Source of the DNA: Octopus vulgaris
Lineage: Eukaryota
Assembly (NCBI GenBank): GCA_951406725.2
Contig: OX597816.1
Coordinates: 176,080,001 to 176,144,000 of the forward strand
Direction of reading: 5' to 3'
DNA length: 64,000 nt
The notes beneath the pieces were generated by a model. It had not been told where the DNA came from. It ran no database searches and worked only from the letters and a program-made list of their open reading frames with translations. Positions 23,530 through 40,880 of this stretch are shown piece after piece. A program made the translations under genes and the position numbers. Each line of letters begins with the position of its first letter. Positions within the stretch are counted from its first letter, which is position 1.

Positions 23530-26100
23530 TGTGGGGCCTGGAGCACTTCAAGTTTGGTGGACCCCTCATACGCAGAAATTAATATCCATGAAAAATCACC
23601 ATATTTACATCTCAAAGTCCGCCAATTGCATATGTTTGAAATTGACTAGATAGCACATAGAAAGTTTAAGTGCATCTATCAATGCAAAATTTTGTCATCT
23701 AAACTAAGTACAGCAAGTTTTAGCAACTTACCACTATGCACTGCTACAAAACATACGAAAACATCTTTCTTTCTACACTTGGAATTTGAAGCTCTTTAAT
23801 GATTTCCTTGAACTTTATCGTCTTCAGAAAACTACTCTCTACATCCAAAAGACATAGAGTACTTAGTCATGCGTCATCATGGTTCTCAGATAATTCTTTA
23901 TCAGTCCCAATTTACTAAATGCCTCTCTCCTGAACGACTAGTAACCATAAAGATCAAATGCATTCTAAAAGCTACATCATCCGTTGAAATGGTTTTAGCA
24001 AGTCCTTACATTATGAATTAAAAGTGCTTGTTGAAATGGGGTGAAACAAGACTAAAATCGCAGTGATAGGTTTCTCAGTTTCAGTTCTTATCTGCATCAA
24101 ATAAATTACATAAGTTCCCTGTAGCTTTGAACTTTACATGCACTTACTGATAATCTACTCTGTGTTTTGTAAGTCGACAAACAACTTATCTAAAATGACT
24201 TTGAAAGACTTACTTCTAATTTTTTTCTCTTGCAGAAAGGACAACTTCCTCCGATGGTGATTCTACATTTGCATCATATTTGTTTCTTTTCCTTGGTCTA
24301 TCTATTGTTGCTTTATTGTCTGTGTTTCCCCACATGTTCCAGGCATCCAGTTGCAAATCTACATACTTATCCCAATATAATTTCAGGAAGTTTTCCAAGG
24401 TATCAGTTAGACCCATCACTTTATTCAGATCAACTGTGTAAAAATTGAATTCCAGATCTTAACCATTAGAGCAATTTCAAGAAAGACCATTTTGTTTGCC
24501 AATGTCTGAGGTTCATATCTTGCTTTAGGTGTTTATTCTAAATCATCTTCAATATTTCTGGATGCATTTTGAATACAGTTATATCCATCAAGGAGGGCTT
24601 CAGTAGCCTATGCTCATTCTGACCAACGAGTTTCTGACAAGGACTTCAAAGTTAGTTTTATATTATTTCCTTCCAAAGATTTCATGATATTTGCCCATCT
24701 GTATGTCAACGCAGAAAAAAGTGTATACCTTTTGTATGAAGCCAAAATAGCCAACAGCTTCAACACAAGAAGTGTTAGCGTGTCCAACAAGATTCAATGA
24801 ATAAGCAGCACAGGAAACTGAAATCAAGTTCTTTTCCTTGAGTTTGGTTCGCATTCCTGTGTATTGCCAGTATCACAGAACCGTACCTCCAGTCTTCAAT
24901 TTTAAAGAAATTCTAACACAGATGTAGTCGCTACTCATTACCTCACTGTGTGAGAGAACCAGTCTGCAGGAAAGTTAGAAGCCTTTCTATCGGCTTCCCA
25001 GAAACAGTATAGTGCACACTAACTGTTTGCTGGTCATCATGAGCGCGTTAAATCTACAAAATCTACAGAAGTCTACAGAAACTGACAAATACTCGGCAGT
25101 TTTAAGTGCTGCTGCAATATGATTCCCATATTTTGTATTCAACGGAACAATTTCTTTGTAAATGGCAGTGATATGTATAACTGCTTACCACTTCCGGGAT
25201 TGCCAATTGCTTTTAAGTGACCCATTAGAAATGGATCAACTTGTGCAGTAAGTTCCATAATTTCTCCAAAGTTCCCATTATGCTTAGATCCTATGAATTC
25301 TTCACTACCCCTAAACGTCAGGCCTCTTTTGGCTAGAAATACTGTCACGGTCACAACACAATGCAATATTTCTTATTTTCCCGTACTTGCTTTCCCAACT
25401 CCCTATTAACAGACCATGCCCTACGTAAATCATGTGAACTGCAACCCAGGATCTCTGTGGTTTTGGCTTTATTCATGTGTTTTAATTTTTCTCTGCTTTT
25501 TTTCTAATCCTTAAAACCATCCTTTTTGAAAAACCTGTCATGGCAGCTTGAAAATAAAATACAGTAAAAACAATGAACTGCACTCTTTAATGGGCTGTAC
25601 AAGACCCACTTTCTCAAACACTGTTCATCATTGTCACAAATAGTATAAAACACTGAATTTTTAAAATAATGATAGGGCCCATCCAGTCTGCCTTCCCCCT
25701 TTTTTATAATGGTATCAAGATTCTGCGTTCTAAAGGAACATGGACACATGCATTTCTCCTGCAGAAAACTACCTAGCTTGGTCCAGAACTTAAGATGGCA
25801 CTTTGCTATCCGTGCCAGCAGGATGCAGTAATTCTCCACCTTCAATATCTTCAGCTGATATGTTTCTCCTATTTTTGCAGATGCACTTGGGAGTGCAGCT
25901 AGTTTCTTAAAAGAGACATCTGTTATTGATTCTTCATTAGCTTCTGTTTTCTTTTTTTTGAAACCAAGAAAATGTTTGCAAGATTTTCCCTTTGCCAACA
26001 CAGTAGCGTTTTTCACTTCTTTTTTTGGAAATTTTTCTAGAGGCAGCCGAGTATTCCGTGGTATATTGGATATTCTGTGTGAAAACATAATTTGAATAAA
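23530..26100 (-). mobile_element. Decayed hAT transposon (ZMYM1-like/Tip100-type transposase)
   Basis: TTF-type zinc finger RKWVLYSPLKSAVHCFYCILF, FLAKRGLTFRG...NGNF, CAAYSLNL, ETRWS; many frameshifts; termini not resolved. Confidence 0.85.
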
Positions 26101-26592
26101 AACAAAGAAAAAATAAGGCAGGAACTAACAACAGCCATGTAAACTCACTTCATTTAATCTTAGCCAGGCAGTTTACATGTACTTCTGTTACTCTTATATC
26201 TGGGTCAAATAAATAGGCCTGCTACTAAAGTAAATCAAATGTTAACAGAAAAGAGTTCAAGCGATTAACAGCAAATCGAGTATTACAGATTAAGGATTTT
26301 TTTTGTTTGTTTTTAAATTCACCTGTTCACAACCAGAAACTCATAGTAGTTGACATCCGCTAAAATAACTAATTTTAAACAGAGATAGTTGAAAATCGAT
26401 CACCATTGACAAATTGGAAAATAAAGTTGAAGAATAGCACTGGCAACAGTGGCAGGTACTAAATCACTATCAGCAGCGAAATATTACGAAAATAACAATA
26501 ACAACAAATTGGTAGGCCATTGTCTCAGTACATTGATTGATATATAAACCTTAAAAACACACGATTTTGGAGAAATACTTTACCACTTTTTA

Positions 26593-26641
<49 letters not shown>

Positions 26642-26749
26642 CAATATATATATATATAAAAATATAATGAATATAGGTAGCAAAAAATTCAATAGAAATT
26701 TTTTTCGCCACCAGCGGTCCAGTGAGAAAGAGAAAATAGTCACAGACTA

Positions 26750-27190
26750 TATGATTGATTCTGATTGATTGATTCTAGTTTCAGCTCATGAGCTGTGGCC
26801 ATGCTGGGGCACCGCCATTTGGTGTTGCTACTTGGTTTTACTTCACGAAAGCTTTTTAGCAACTGCCATTTGGTGCATGAGAGAGTTCGATGCAGCTGCC
26901 CTCATCTGCACCTCCTGCCGTGAAGTTGGTTCATCTGGGACACCTGACAAGAAGAGATCCAGTTTCATTTTAAAGACATCTGCATCCACCCCATGCAGGT
27001 CTCTCGGGTTCTTCGGGAGGATATTGAAGAGCTGTAGGCCTCGGAAGCCCAGGTTATCACAGTATCTTGTCCTACATCTTGATGGCAAATTTGGAGTCCT
27101 AGGCACCACGCAGTGGCGCCCAGTTCTGGCATTTGTGTAACTCTCGATGCCAAAGTTTGGGACACGTCCCTCCAGGATCTTCTAGATGTA
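26750..27190 (-). mobile_element. LINE 3' end (CR1/L2/Jockey-like C-terminus) with (AATC)n tail
   Basis: GLQLFNILPK...FKMKLDLFLSGVPDEP; 3' UTR GGCGGTGCCCCAGCATGGCCACAGCTCATGAGCTGAAAC. Confidence 0.75.
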
Positions 27191-28139
27191 TATTATGGCA
27201 TATCTTATATATTATGGCATATCTTATATATATATAATTTCAACAATATTAAGGAATGGCCCTGATAGGCCATTCGACTCACCAGAAACAGCAGCCAAAC
27301 TCAAACCGCTAAATAGTAGTAATTCAGAAATCAAAGGAAAATCAAAAACATTTACCCTAATCATCCTTGGACAATGCATTGTTTCGACATACTTTTTGGC
27401 AAACCAGCCTAATTAAATTAAATTTAATTTAATCAAGTCAATCTACTATTATTGAATATATATATATAAAGTAATTATTTAGACTTTACGTATACACCTA
27501 GTAGTATGCCGATTAAAGCACTTTCACTGTTTAGACTACCTGATGTCATCCACAGTTTTGATCACTGAATCTATCTCAGGAATTCCACTGTGTTTGTTGA
27601 GTTTATAATGAATGAGGGAAACGGAAAATGGAATTCAGGAGAATCTTTATTCATCACAAGGATCGTTTCGACCCATCTTGCATAGGTCCCTTGCGGGTGG
27701 GGTACTATACGACTGGTTGTGTTGCATCATCTGGCGCAGACTGTTGTATTCCATTAACTCATAAAGGCGGACCATTCAATTATAGACTGTTTATCCAAGC
27801 AATACGTACTAACTAGCTATGTAATTCGAACTTATACAATATGTATTGAAATTAATGTTTACTTATCAGTGTAACCTGGAAGTATGTCTGTATAGGTGTC
27901 TGAGTGCCACTAGACACTGAGTGCCTTTGCGAACAGGTACTGACATGTGTATATACAAAGAAATATGTACGTACATGTATGTGTAGATATGCACGAGGGG
28001 GTGTACGGAGGAATACATTTTTGGATACATCTGTTGATGTGTGAATATGCATAAACATATATATATATACGTATGGGATCTTTCCTATTTGGCTGCCACT
28101 TTTCAATTTCTTCAATTTTTGTTCAAATTGATTTCATAT

Positions 28140-28310
28140 TTGGCGTATTGGTGCTGTTTTGTAACTTGTCCCCGTAACTTAGCGCTTCGGTAAAAAGAGT
28201 CAAATAGAATAAGTACTAGGCTTACAAGTCCTAGTGTTGATTTATTCGACTAAAGGCGGTGCTTCAGCCTGGTCGCAGTCTCGTGGCTGAAACAAGTAAA
28301 GAATAAAAGA
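28140..28310 (+). mobile_element. SINE 3' half
   Basis: CCCCGTAACTTAGCG...AATAAGTACTAGGCTTAC...GGCGGTGC...CTGAAACAAGTAAAG. Confidence 0.75.
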
Positions 28311-28748
28311 ATGAATTTCATTTTCGCCATAAATCAATAAAAAGTCAATAGCTTTTAAACCTTTCATTACTGAATTTATTTTGAGATGCTCAGTGTTTCT
28401 TCCAATTATGTTAAATATAACAAAGAATTACGTAAAATAACTTAGTTATCATTCAGCTAGAGTTAGGGACATAAATTGTGACTAAGGTTTGGTGGAAGGT
28501 TTTAATTCAGAACTTTTGAAAACCAGACATTTATACTAAAGAGCCAGAGCCGGTTTCAGCCGGGTTGGTAACGAAAGTAAATTTTGGGTAATTTTAGCAG
28601 TTGAAGGCCACAGACATATAAGTGCCTGTTTCCATAGTGACAAGCTGTTACCAAGCTGCTTACCAGTTGTTCTTTTGTCGCTTATTAAATACTTAAAACA
28701 TATTCGATACGAGATGTGATAAAAATAACAGCTAAACAGGCCTTCAAT

Positions 28749-29132
28749 CACGCACGAATTTTTTGTTTGTTTGCCCAGTCGTATGAATTCTCGTGCATAG
28801 AATACAAATTCGTAAATTATCGGAAAATTCCAAAATATGAAAAGGTTATGACGGTTTATATAGCGTGAGTAAAGAAGGATTCAATCAATATTTCATTTGT
28901 TGACAATTGGCAAAACGTGCTGTCACGCTCAAAATGAGAGCTTCTAAATCCTGTTTTCTGACTGGGGAAAAATTATCAAACTTTAAACCTTTGTAACTTT
29001 ATTTAAAAAACACTTTCTGGCAAAAGTGAATTATCTCTTGAGATTCAGCGTGGAAAATTACATCAATACACCAAATTCAAAAATTTCCACTAAACTTTAA
29101 AATTTCCACACGTGCAGCCAAAGAGAAAAAAT

Positions 29133-29137
<5 letters not shown>
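28749..29137. mobile_element. Possible MITE with imperfect ~35 bp TIRs
   Basis: CGCACGAATTTTTTGTTTG at left versus reverse complement CACACGAGATTTTTTCTCTTTG at right. Confidence 0.4.
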
Positions 29138-29163
<26 letters not shown>

Positions 29164-29205
29164 CGTCTGTGTGTGTGTATGTGTGTTTGTATATATATAT
29201 TGTTG

Positions 29206-29257
<52 letters not shown>

Positions 29258-29262
<5 letters not shown>

Positions 29263-29757
29263 GGCGAATACTCGTTATAAATATCACCACCAGTGGCCTA
29301 GCATGTATAAAAAGTCAATAGACAACATATTCGTATTTCAAAATAGAAAATTACCCTTTAACAAGTAATTTTACATGCTAGAAATAGCAGCCAAACACGG
29401 CCAAAAACCACAATTTTATAGCAAATTTCGAAGTAAATGAAAGATAAAAACCTTTACCTTTATCTTGTCTCTGAATTATAAGTTAGTTGTTTAGGCCGGT
29501 TACTGACGAGGATTCGCCTTGGTAGATAATATGGTCTTGCTAAATTATCTATTAAAAGATGGCAAGCGATATTATTTGCTAAAGAAATCTGAAACCATGG
29601 TATAACCGTTATATAACAAGGTAAAGGTTCTTATTTTATTTTTTATTTTTCATTTACTTCGAAATTTGCTATAAAATTGTGGTTTGTGGCCGTGTTTTGC
29701 TGCTATTTCTAGCATGTAAAATTACCTGTTAAAGGGTAATTTTCTATTTTGAAATAC

Positions 29758-29760
<3 letters not shown>
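29258..29760 (+). mobile_element. Fold-back mini-element with a central hammerhead, embedded in (TA)n
   Basis: Inverted arms ~29333-29460 and ~29618-29759; ~75 bp unpaired extension at left; (TA)n on both sides. Confidence 0.85.
29497..29608 (+). ncRNA. Type I hammerhead ribozyme motif with extended, possibly branched stem II
   Basis: cggtta-CTGACGA-ggatt...aatct-GAAA-ccatgg-TA-taaccg: perfect 6-bp stem I, palindromic stem III. Confidence 0.88.
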
Positions 29761-29829
<69 letters not shown>

Positions 29830-29832
<3 letters not shown>

Positions 29833-29995
29833 TGCAGGAATGGCTGTGTGGTTAGAAGTTTGTTTCCTAACCACACAGTTCTGGGTTCTGTCCCACAGTG
29901 TGGCACCTTGAGCAAGTGTCTCCTAGTATAGACTGGGGCCTACCAAAGCCTTGTGAGTGGATTTGGCAGACGGAAACTAAAAGACGCCCGTCGTA
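29830..29995 (+). mobile_element. tRNA-derived SINE 5' half
   Basis: TGGCTGTGTGG...GGGTTCTGTCCC...GCAAGTGTCT...GACGGAAACTAAAAGACGCCCGTCG. Confidence 0.8.
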
Positions 29996-30084
29996 TGTAT
30001 GTATGTATGTATGTATGTATGTATGTATGTATGTATGTATGTATGTATGTATGTATGAATGTATGTATGTATGTATGTATATAT

Positions 30085-30199
<115 letters not shown>

Positions 30200-30497
30200 A
30201 CGGGCTTCTTTCAGTTTCTGCCTTTGTATATTTTTGTTGGTCGTAATCATACTTACCAGTATGTAATTCCTGACATAGAATCTAATTTTTATTTCAAGGA
30301 GAGTCTTTCGTTTTGGGGTTTGGAATTAATTAGACACCGAAACAATTTGTAGAACATATATTGCTTCTGTACCAATGTGGATTATGAATTAAAGATCGTC
30401 TATACCCACAATTTTTCTTTTCCTTATACTGCATTTATATACATACATACATACATACATACATACATACATACATAATACATACATACGTGCATAC

Positions 30498-30557
<60 letters not shown>

Positions 30558-30698
30558 ATATACATATATACATACATAAACATATACATATATATTCACA
30601 TATACACACACATATATATATACATATACACATGTATACACACACACACATATATACACACATATATATATACACACATACATTTATATATGTTTATA

Positions 30699-30871
30699 GA
30701 TCGTTAGCCACTACACACATTTTTTCTCTCCTTATTTTTTTCAGTGTCCCTTTTTGTAGAAGAGCGTAGGCTCGAAACGTAAAAGACTTTTTCTATTCCT
30801 GAGCGCTATACTAATACATCTGTTTGTTTTGTACACCACCTGTCTTCGTCTTTTGTTTTTTTCGTAAACTT

Positions 30872-30875
<4 letters not shown>
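30699..30875 (+). mobile_element. Neptune-type pLTR 3' end with variant hammerhead (30750-30785), abutting (TA)n
   Basis: Reverse-complement homolog of 62793-62990; GAGC-gtag-GCTC-GAAA-cg-TA. Confidence 0.75.
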
Positions 30876-30921
<46 letters not shown>

Positions 30922-31214
30922 AATTGAGATAGGGGTTGTAAATGCAACCCTCCATGGGATAACATATATCCAATATACTGCTAGTGAAGTACCCAACAAA
31001 GTTAATACATAAATGTTAATGATTGCGATGCAATCAATTCCTTTACTGTATTATATGGGCAAAGGTAAAATGATTTACCACAAATTACTAATACAAGATA
31101 AGAAAATGGAGAAATACAACTAAATCAAATATCAATTACCAGATAATACTCAATCACATACTTTATTAAACCACCACAAAAGAGACTGTAGGGTTAAATA
31201 GGGTTCTGCGCTTC

Positions 31215-33545
31215 CACCCCTCACTCCATCCAGTAACGAATTTCAGACCCATGTTGATATTCATAGCTTTGTGCACTGTGTCTAACGAAGAGAACTGCTT
31301 CACTGACCTGGGCCACCAACCATCCCACTGGACGCCAGCTCCTGGCCAGTTGCAAGCAGTCGATCATTTTGCGGGCATCTGTCAACGTGTTGTGGACCGG
31401 TTTAACTTTAGCAGGCATCCCAAACGTTTGAACATCTGCCCAGCCGAACTCTCGGCCCTTCGATGTCTCCGACGCGCATAAACATTATCATAAAACCGGC
31501 CAACAAGGGTGGAGCCGTGGTGGTGTGGAGCGCAGACCTCTACAAGGCTGACGCTCTCCGCCAACTTCAAGACACCTCCTACTATTTCCCTCTGCCCTCC
31601 AACCCCACGGCTAGCTACCAACATACTGTCCTCAACTATCCATGACCTCATCTCCTCCTCCCGTCTCTCTCCCAACGCCTCCGCACTCTTCACACCTTCA
31701 TCATTTACTTCCTTCCCAAAATCCACAAGTCCCAACAACCCTGGCCGCCCCATCGTCTCCGCCTGTAACTGCTCCACAGAACTAATCTCGAAATACCTCG
31801 ACCGTGTCCTTGCGCCCACTAGTGGCTTCCTTCCCCTCACACATCCACGACACTAACCATGCTCTTCGTCTTTTCAACTCTTGATATACGGTGATCCCAC
31901 ACAACGAAGGACTTCTTGCCCTCAAACACTTCCTAGACCTTCGATCCAACCCCCAACCTGACACGTCCACACTTCTTCGTCTGACCAAACTAGTTCTCTC
32001 CCACAACTGCTTCTCGTTCGCAGGGGTGTTTTACCAACAGGTCTCGCGAGTGACCATGGGAACGAGAATAGGACCCAATTATGCGAACCCGTTCGTTGGC
32101 TACGTTGAGGCCCAAATATTTTCAAGATTCACTGCTCCCATTCCTGAACTATACGGTCGTTATATTGATGACTGTATCGGTACAACTTCGCTCTCCCGCG
32201 AACTACTAGACTCCTTCCTCTCTTTTGTCTAATCCTTTCATCCTGCACTTGAATTCTCCTGCACCATTTCCAACACTTCCATCGCCTTTCTCAACATTTC
32301 GGTCAACATACACAACTCTGCTCTCACTACCTCCATCTACTACAAACACACCGACTCACACTTATACCTCAACTTCTCCTCATCCCACCCTACCCACACC
32401 AAGCTCTCCATACCCTACACCCAATTCCTCCGTCTGCGCAGGCTCTGCAGTGGCAACCATGACTTTGAGACTCAGTCTCAACTCATGGCTCACAACTTCA
32501 TCCTTCGTGGATATACCCTCACCACTATCGACACCGCTCTTGCCAGAGAACTTCCGTGAACCGTGTCTCTGCTCACTCTCCTCGCACCCGCCCCAACGTT
32601 GCCTGTCTTCCGTTTCCCCTCACCTACCATCCCTCTATCCTGCCCCTCCAACGCACCATTCTCCGAGCCTTCCGGCGACTCCTGTCCGACGCTCCACTTC
32701 GCACCTCTTCCCCAGCCTACCCCTTCCTTCAAACGAGCCCACAACATACGTGACCTGGTCTACAGATTTTCCCTAACCCCACCTCCCAACTTAGCTTGTT
32801 TCCCTGCTCCCACCCACGCTGCCGCACTTGCATTTACCTCTCCAACACCACCATCCTCACAGACACTCACCATCGTCCCTACCATATCCCTGACTCCTTT
32901 ACCTGCACTTCTAGCAACATCATTTACTGCATCTCCTGCTCTTTCTATCTTTCTTTGTACATCGGTCAAACAGGACACCGCTTAGCTGACCGGTTCGCAG
33001 AGCACCTGCAAGACATTAGACTCGGCAAAGACACCCCGGTCTTGCGCAATTTTCTCTCGATCGGTCATTCATTACAAAATCTGTCTGTGTTCGGATTGTC
33101 TTTGCACAGGGGTCATCCAGATTCCTGCCTTCGACGTGAACAGGGATTAATCCTCTCTCTTCGCTCCTTTACGCCACATGGGCTCAACTCCCCTCTTCAT
33201 CTGATTCCCCTCCTCTCCTCTCTTCATCTAACACCTACTTCCTCTCTTCACTCCTACTCACCTCTCCTCTCCTCCCTTGCCCTGACACCTACTTCCTCTC
33301 TTCACTCCTACCCATCAACTCCCTTCATTGATACCCTTCCATCCTACACCCACATACCCCACATCCACACCCTCATATCTGCACCTCAAACACACATACC
33401 TACCCCACATCCTCACCCCAAACCCCACCCTAGTCATACATCCCCACACACCAACACCACCACAGCACATCACACCACCCCCATACTAATCCGCACACAC
33501 CAGCACCGACCGCTTCCCACCACCAACACTATCATCGACACAGTT
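31215..33545 (+). mobile_element. Decayed Penelope-like element (Neptune-type): RT plus GIY-YIG
   Basis: IIKPANKGGAVVV, GRPIVSAC, MGTRIGPNYAN, GRYIDD, PCSHPRCRTC linker, NIIYCISC...LYIGQTG. Confidence 0.92.
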
Positions 33546-34570
33546 GTCAAATCCCTACTCCTCGTCTCCTACTGGCTTCCGGCTTAAACCCTTTCTCTTG
33601 CCCCAAAGCCAACAAGGAGCTCTTTCAGCTGCCTCTCCCATCTCATTCCAATGGCTGTAAGCATCCTCCATGCCCACTGAGCAGGGAACTCCCTACAACC
33701 AACCACGACTGGGAAAGTATAGGTTATCGCCATCTAAATATGGCTGTTCCGTAGGAACCAACGTTACTATCATTTTAACCCAAGGAAGACTCCTCGTTCA
33801 GCTGGTTATTCGATGTATTGCAAGCAGGGGAATGAACCCCTATTATCTTCGAGCCATGAGACCACCAGACCTGCTTGCAATATATATATCGGATGCAGAT
33901 TGCACCGAGCAACCAGCTGGAGGAGGCATCCTTCTGAGGTTATAGTGGTAGTAATGTCGGGTCCTATGAACCAGCCATTTTTAAGTGGCGATAACTATTA
34001 CTTTCCACTATAGTTACAGTTTTCATCTCTTATAGAGATTTTCTAACTAGCTAATTTGCTTGTTGTAACATCAGTGACTGGGTGTCACTTATTTTCGATA
34101 TATTGCGAGCTGGAGTGAACGACTGCTAACTGTAGAGCACGAGTATCCATCATTGAGGATGAGTACAAAGAGCTTGAAACCGTTTTCCCATTATTGCCCT
34201 TTCAGATGCAAGCCTTAATTTCCTTTTAGTGATTTTATTGATCTAAAAATGTAAACAAGCATACGCGAGCGCACGCACATTCACATATACATACACATAC
34301 AGCCAAAGGTGTATATATAAATATGTATGCATATGTGTGAGTGTATATATAAATATGTATGCGTATGTGTGATTGTATATGTATGTATATGTATGTGTAT
34401 ATGATAATAATATTAGGGAGTATAACTCGAAACTTACATGGAAAAATTCAATATAGTATTAAATCAAATTTCACAATATAAATATATAATATATAGATTA
34501 GAGAAAAACCACTATTATGCAATTCAAACAATGATATAGATAAACCAAATCATAAATAAAAAATAAAATT
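33546..34570 (+). repeat. Left arm of a ~1 kb near-identical inverted repeat
   Basis: Reverse complement of ~44360-45397; spurious ORFs 33670-33945(+) and 44998-45273(-) differ at only a few residues. Confidence 0.95.
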
Positions 34571-34640
34571 TTATTTTTAAAACACATAACACGATCACAT
34601 AAAGTACAAAAATGAATAAACAATATGTAATAAGTAAAAA

Positions 34641-34716
34641 AACTATGTACGTTTCATGGCTATAATTTAAATTAGAATAACAATTAAATTAAAAATTATA
34701 GTCACTCTTCAGGTTA
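34641..34716 (-). ncRNA. Type I hammerhead motif in the Naiad 3' pLTR
   Basis: Minus strand: aac-CTGAAGA-gtgactataattt...aaattatagccat-GAAA-cgtaca-TA-gtt. Confidence 0.8.
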
Positions 34717-35744
34717 ACAATTATAGTTAAATAAATAAGCAAATAGAATTAAACAATGTACGTAACTAAATTATCATTAACAAATAAAAAAAATTAGAAA
34801 TTCATATTTAACAATCAATACTTATATGGAGTACATTAATATTTATTAAATAAAAATGTCTACTTATCTCTCCAAAAGGTGTATTATGAACTAAAAAATT
34901 CAAAACGAAAAACGTATTACTTAGCGTTTATAAATTTACTCGTGAATATGTGGCTGAAAGAAATAGAACAAGTAGATGGAAATATACATTTTATGAATGA
35001 AAACTACAAATACATTTTAGATTTAACAAAAAAAAAAAGAGAATAAAATCTCTAAGAGAGAAGGAAATCACTAAACAGTAGGATATCATGCACTAGAAAC
35101 CTAAATTTAGAATTAACTACGATAAAATATAAATATACTCAAATTACCATATAGTTATATTAATTTATATAACTACAATTTACTACATATTCTCTAATAC
35201 TCTTATACAAATTTATTTGTTTCATTCATATAAATATGGTTACGCTGGAGCCCAACCTTTATTCGAACAACTCAAACTTTTGACCCATTCTATATAAACT
35301 CAGTACTAATTCAATCAGTATCAATTTTATAACCACTAATTTAATATACTTAAGTTATTCTAAAAACTATAATGTAATTAATATTCATTAATAAATTATA
35401 TTAATTCATTAAATAAACTTTAAAAATATATCTAATTCGAAATATATAATATAGTCATGTTGGCTAATATATAAAACATCACAAACCATAAACTATACTG
35501 TCACTTATAACAAACATATATTATATAATCATAAATAATAAATTAAACTTCTTATATAAGTAAATTAATTTATGTTTAGATCAAATACTTCGATCATTAA
35601 GAGAATAAATAAAATACATATAATTATTATAAATAAATAGTACATAAAAGTAAAATTTTTACTACATATTCAAAATTATTTAACGTTACTAAAACTATTT
35701 CCCCCCAAAATAATACTTAATACTTTAAAATTTAGTACACATAC

Positions 35745-39231
<3,487 letters not shown>

Positions 39232-40078
39232 TATCAACAAGAATAACAACAAAATAATGAAATTATTATCTTTTAATTTATATTCATTAAATAAATTATA
39301 TATTTAATAATTAAATAAACATCAAAATTTAAACCTTTACTAACTCTTTTTTTCTTATATTCAAAACACCCTACAAAACTACAACCACAACAATACTATA
39401 ATTAATTAATTTATTTATTCATTTATTTAATAATAAATATTTAATTTAGACTTATTTAATTATGTAATATACAATATATAATCACATGCTGATTAATACT
39501 AGTACAAATTATAACTACAAATTACTAACAAAAATAGGGTTTAAATATACTCGCTATTTATCTAAAAATTCATAAAATAAGTAAAGTGTCTACATTTAAT
39601 TTTACGCTCGTCCAATGAACTAACTAATTTATTATGATTATTAAATATTATTTCTTTAAATTCACTAGAACATCATAAACAGGAATCACTACCTATACTA
39701 TATGATTTCACCTTACAAACTATCTTCCACTTTAAATTATACTTAATTAGTTGAGATTTAAGTTCCCATATATATTAACTAAGCCCAGTAGAATTCATTA
39801 GATTTCTATTCTTAAAGGAATGCATATGCTGAGCCACTCTTAATATAATTTTAGAAGAAGTAGACCGTATATAGATTGCGTTTAAGTTATTATTATTCTA
39901 TTATTCTCATCAAAGAAACGATACATTTATAAGCAACATTATATAAATTACATTTATTATTAAATTTAAAATTATTTTTATCTCTACATGTACAGTCAAT
40001 GAGCATGTTATCTTTATTATTATTAAAATCATCATAAATTTCTTTTTGTAAAAATTATTCAACTTAAATTTATTAAAA

Positions 40079-40828
40079 CTAGCTTAAGGTGACCCACGCG
40101 CGGGTGAGGGAGTGGTTATTACTTTCTGTTGCTTCCTTTCTGTTTCTTATCCCCACATTCTCCCTCTTTGTTTCTCTCTCCTCTCTCTCACTCTTCCTTT
40201 CTCTCGGATTCTGCCTCGCTTTCTCTTACGCGTGCACGTAAAATCACAAAAATAATTTAAAATTTTGTGAAATTTGATACTTTTTTCTGGTATATTTTAA
40301 CGGTTCATGATGCAAATGAAAGCTAAAATTTTGGCCTTTAACACAACGCCATTTTTACCCATGTCAACCAAATAATGCAAACAGAAAGGAATTAAATGTA
40401 AAAATAGGGCAAAAATGTACTCGTTTTAAAAGTTGAAAAATTTTACCCCTCTTTCCAAAATCCGCAAATTTTAAAACCCACAATTAAAGATAACCGCCTC
40501 TAGCCCCTGAAGCAACAAGAAAAGCCACCATTATTCAAACAGCGCAAACTGTCTATCCCATAAAACTCAATTTTTCCCATATTCCTCACCATGGCAACCA
40601 AACGGTAGCCCCAAGCAACTTGCCAACCGCATTTTACGCCCAGTGTAAATTTTGGCGCCAATCCGACCCCATCTACCGCACCTTAAACCGTTCCCATCCC
40701 AAAATGAAACAACCAAGAAATCAAACAACTTTTTCGCATTTCAGCTTTATAGATATTGATGATTTATATATATACACATATATATATGTATACACATTAT
40801 ATATATATCTATATACATACATACATAC

Positions 40829-40880
<52 letters not shown>

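Noticed and set aside
33670-33945. Duplicated 91-aa ORF as a conserved small gene
   Set aside because: Identity is explained by the recent inverted duplication; no recognisable domain
34145-34190. Possible hammerhead TTGAGGA...GAAACCG (similar weak cases at ~22095-22170 and ~27660-27735)
   Set aside because: Core mutated and stems I/II do not pair convincingly
39690-39715. In-frame TGA in the Naiad C-terminal CxxC as selenocysteine (reported for some Naiads)
   Set aside because: The TGA falls at the Leu position (C-L-*-C), not a Cys position, and the copy has other stops
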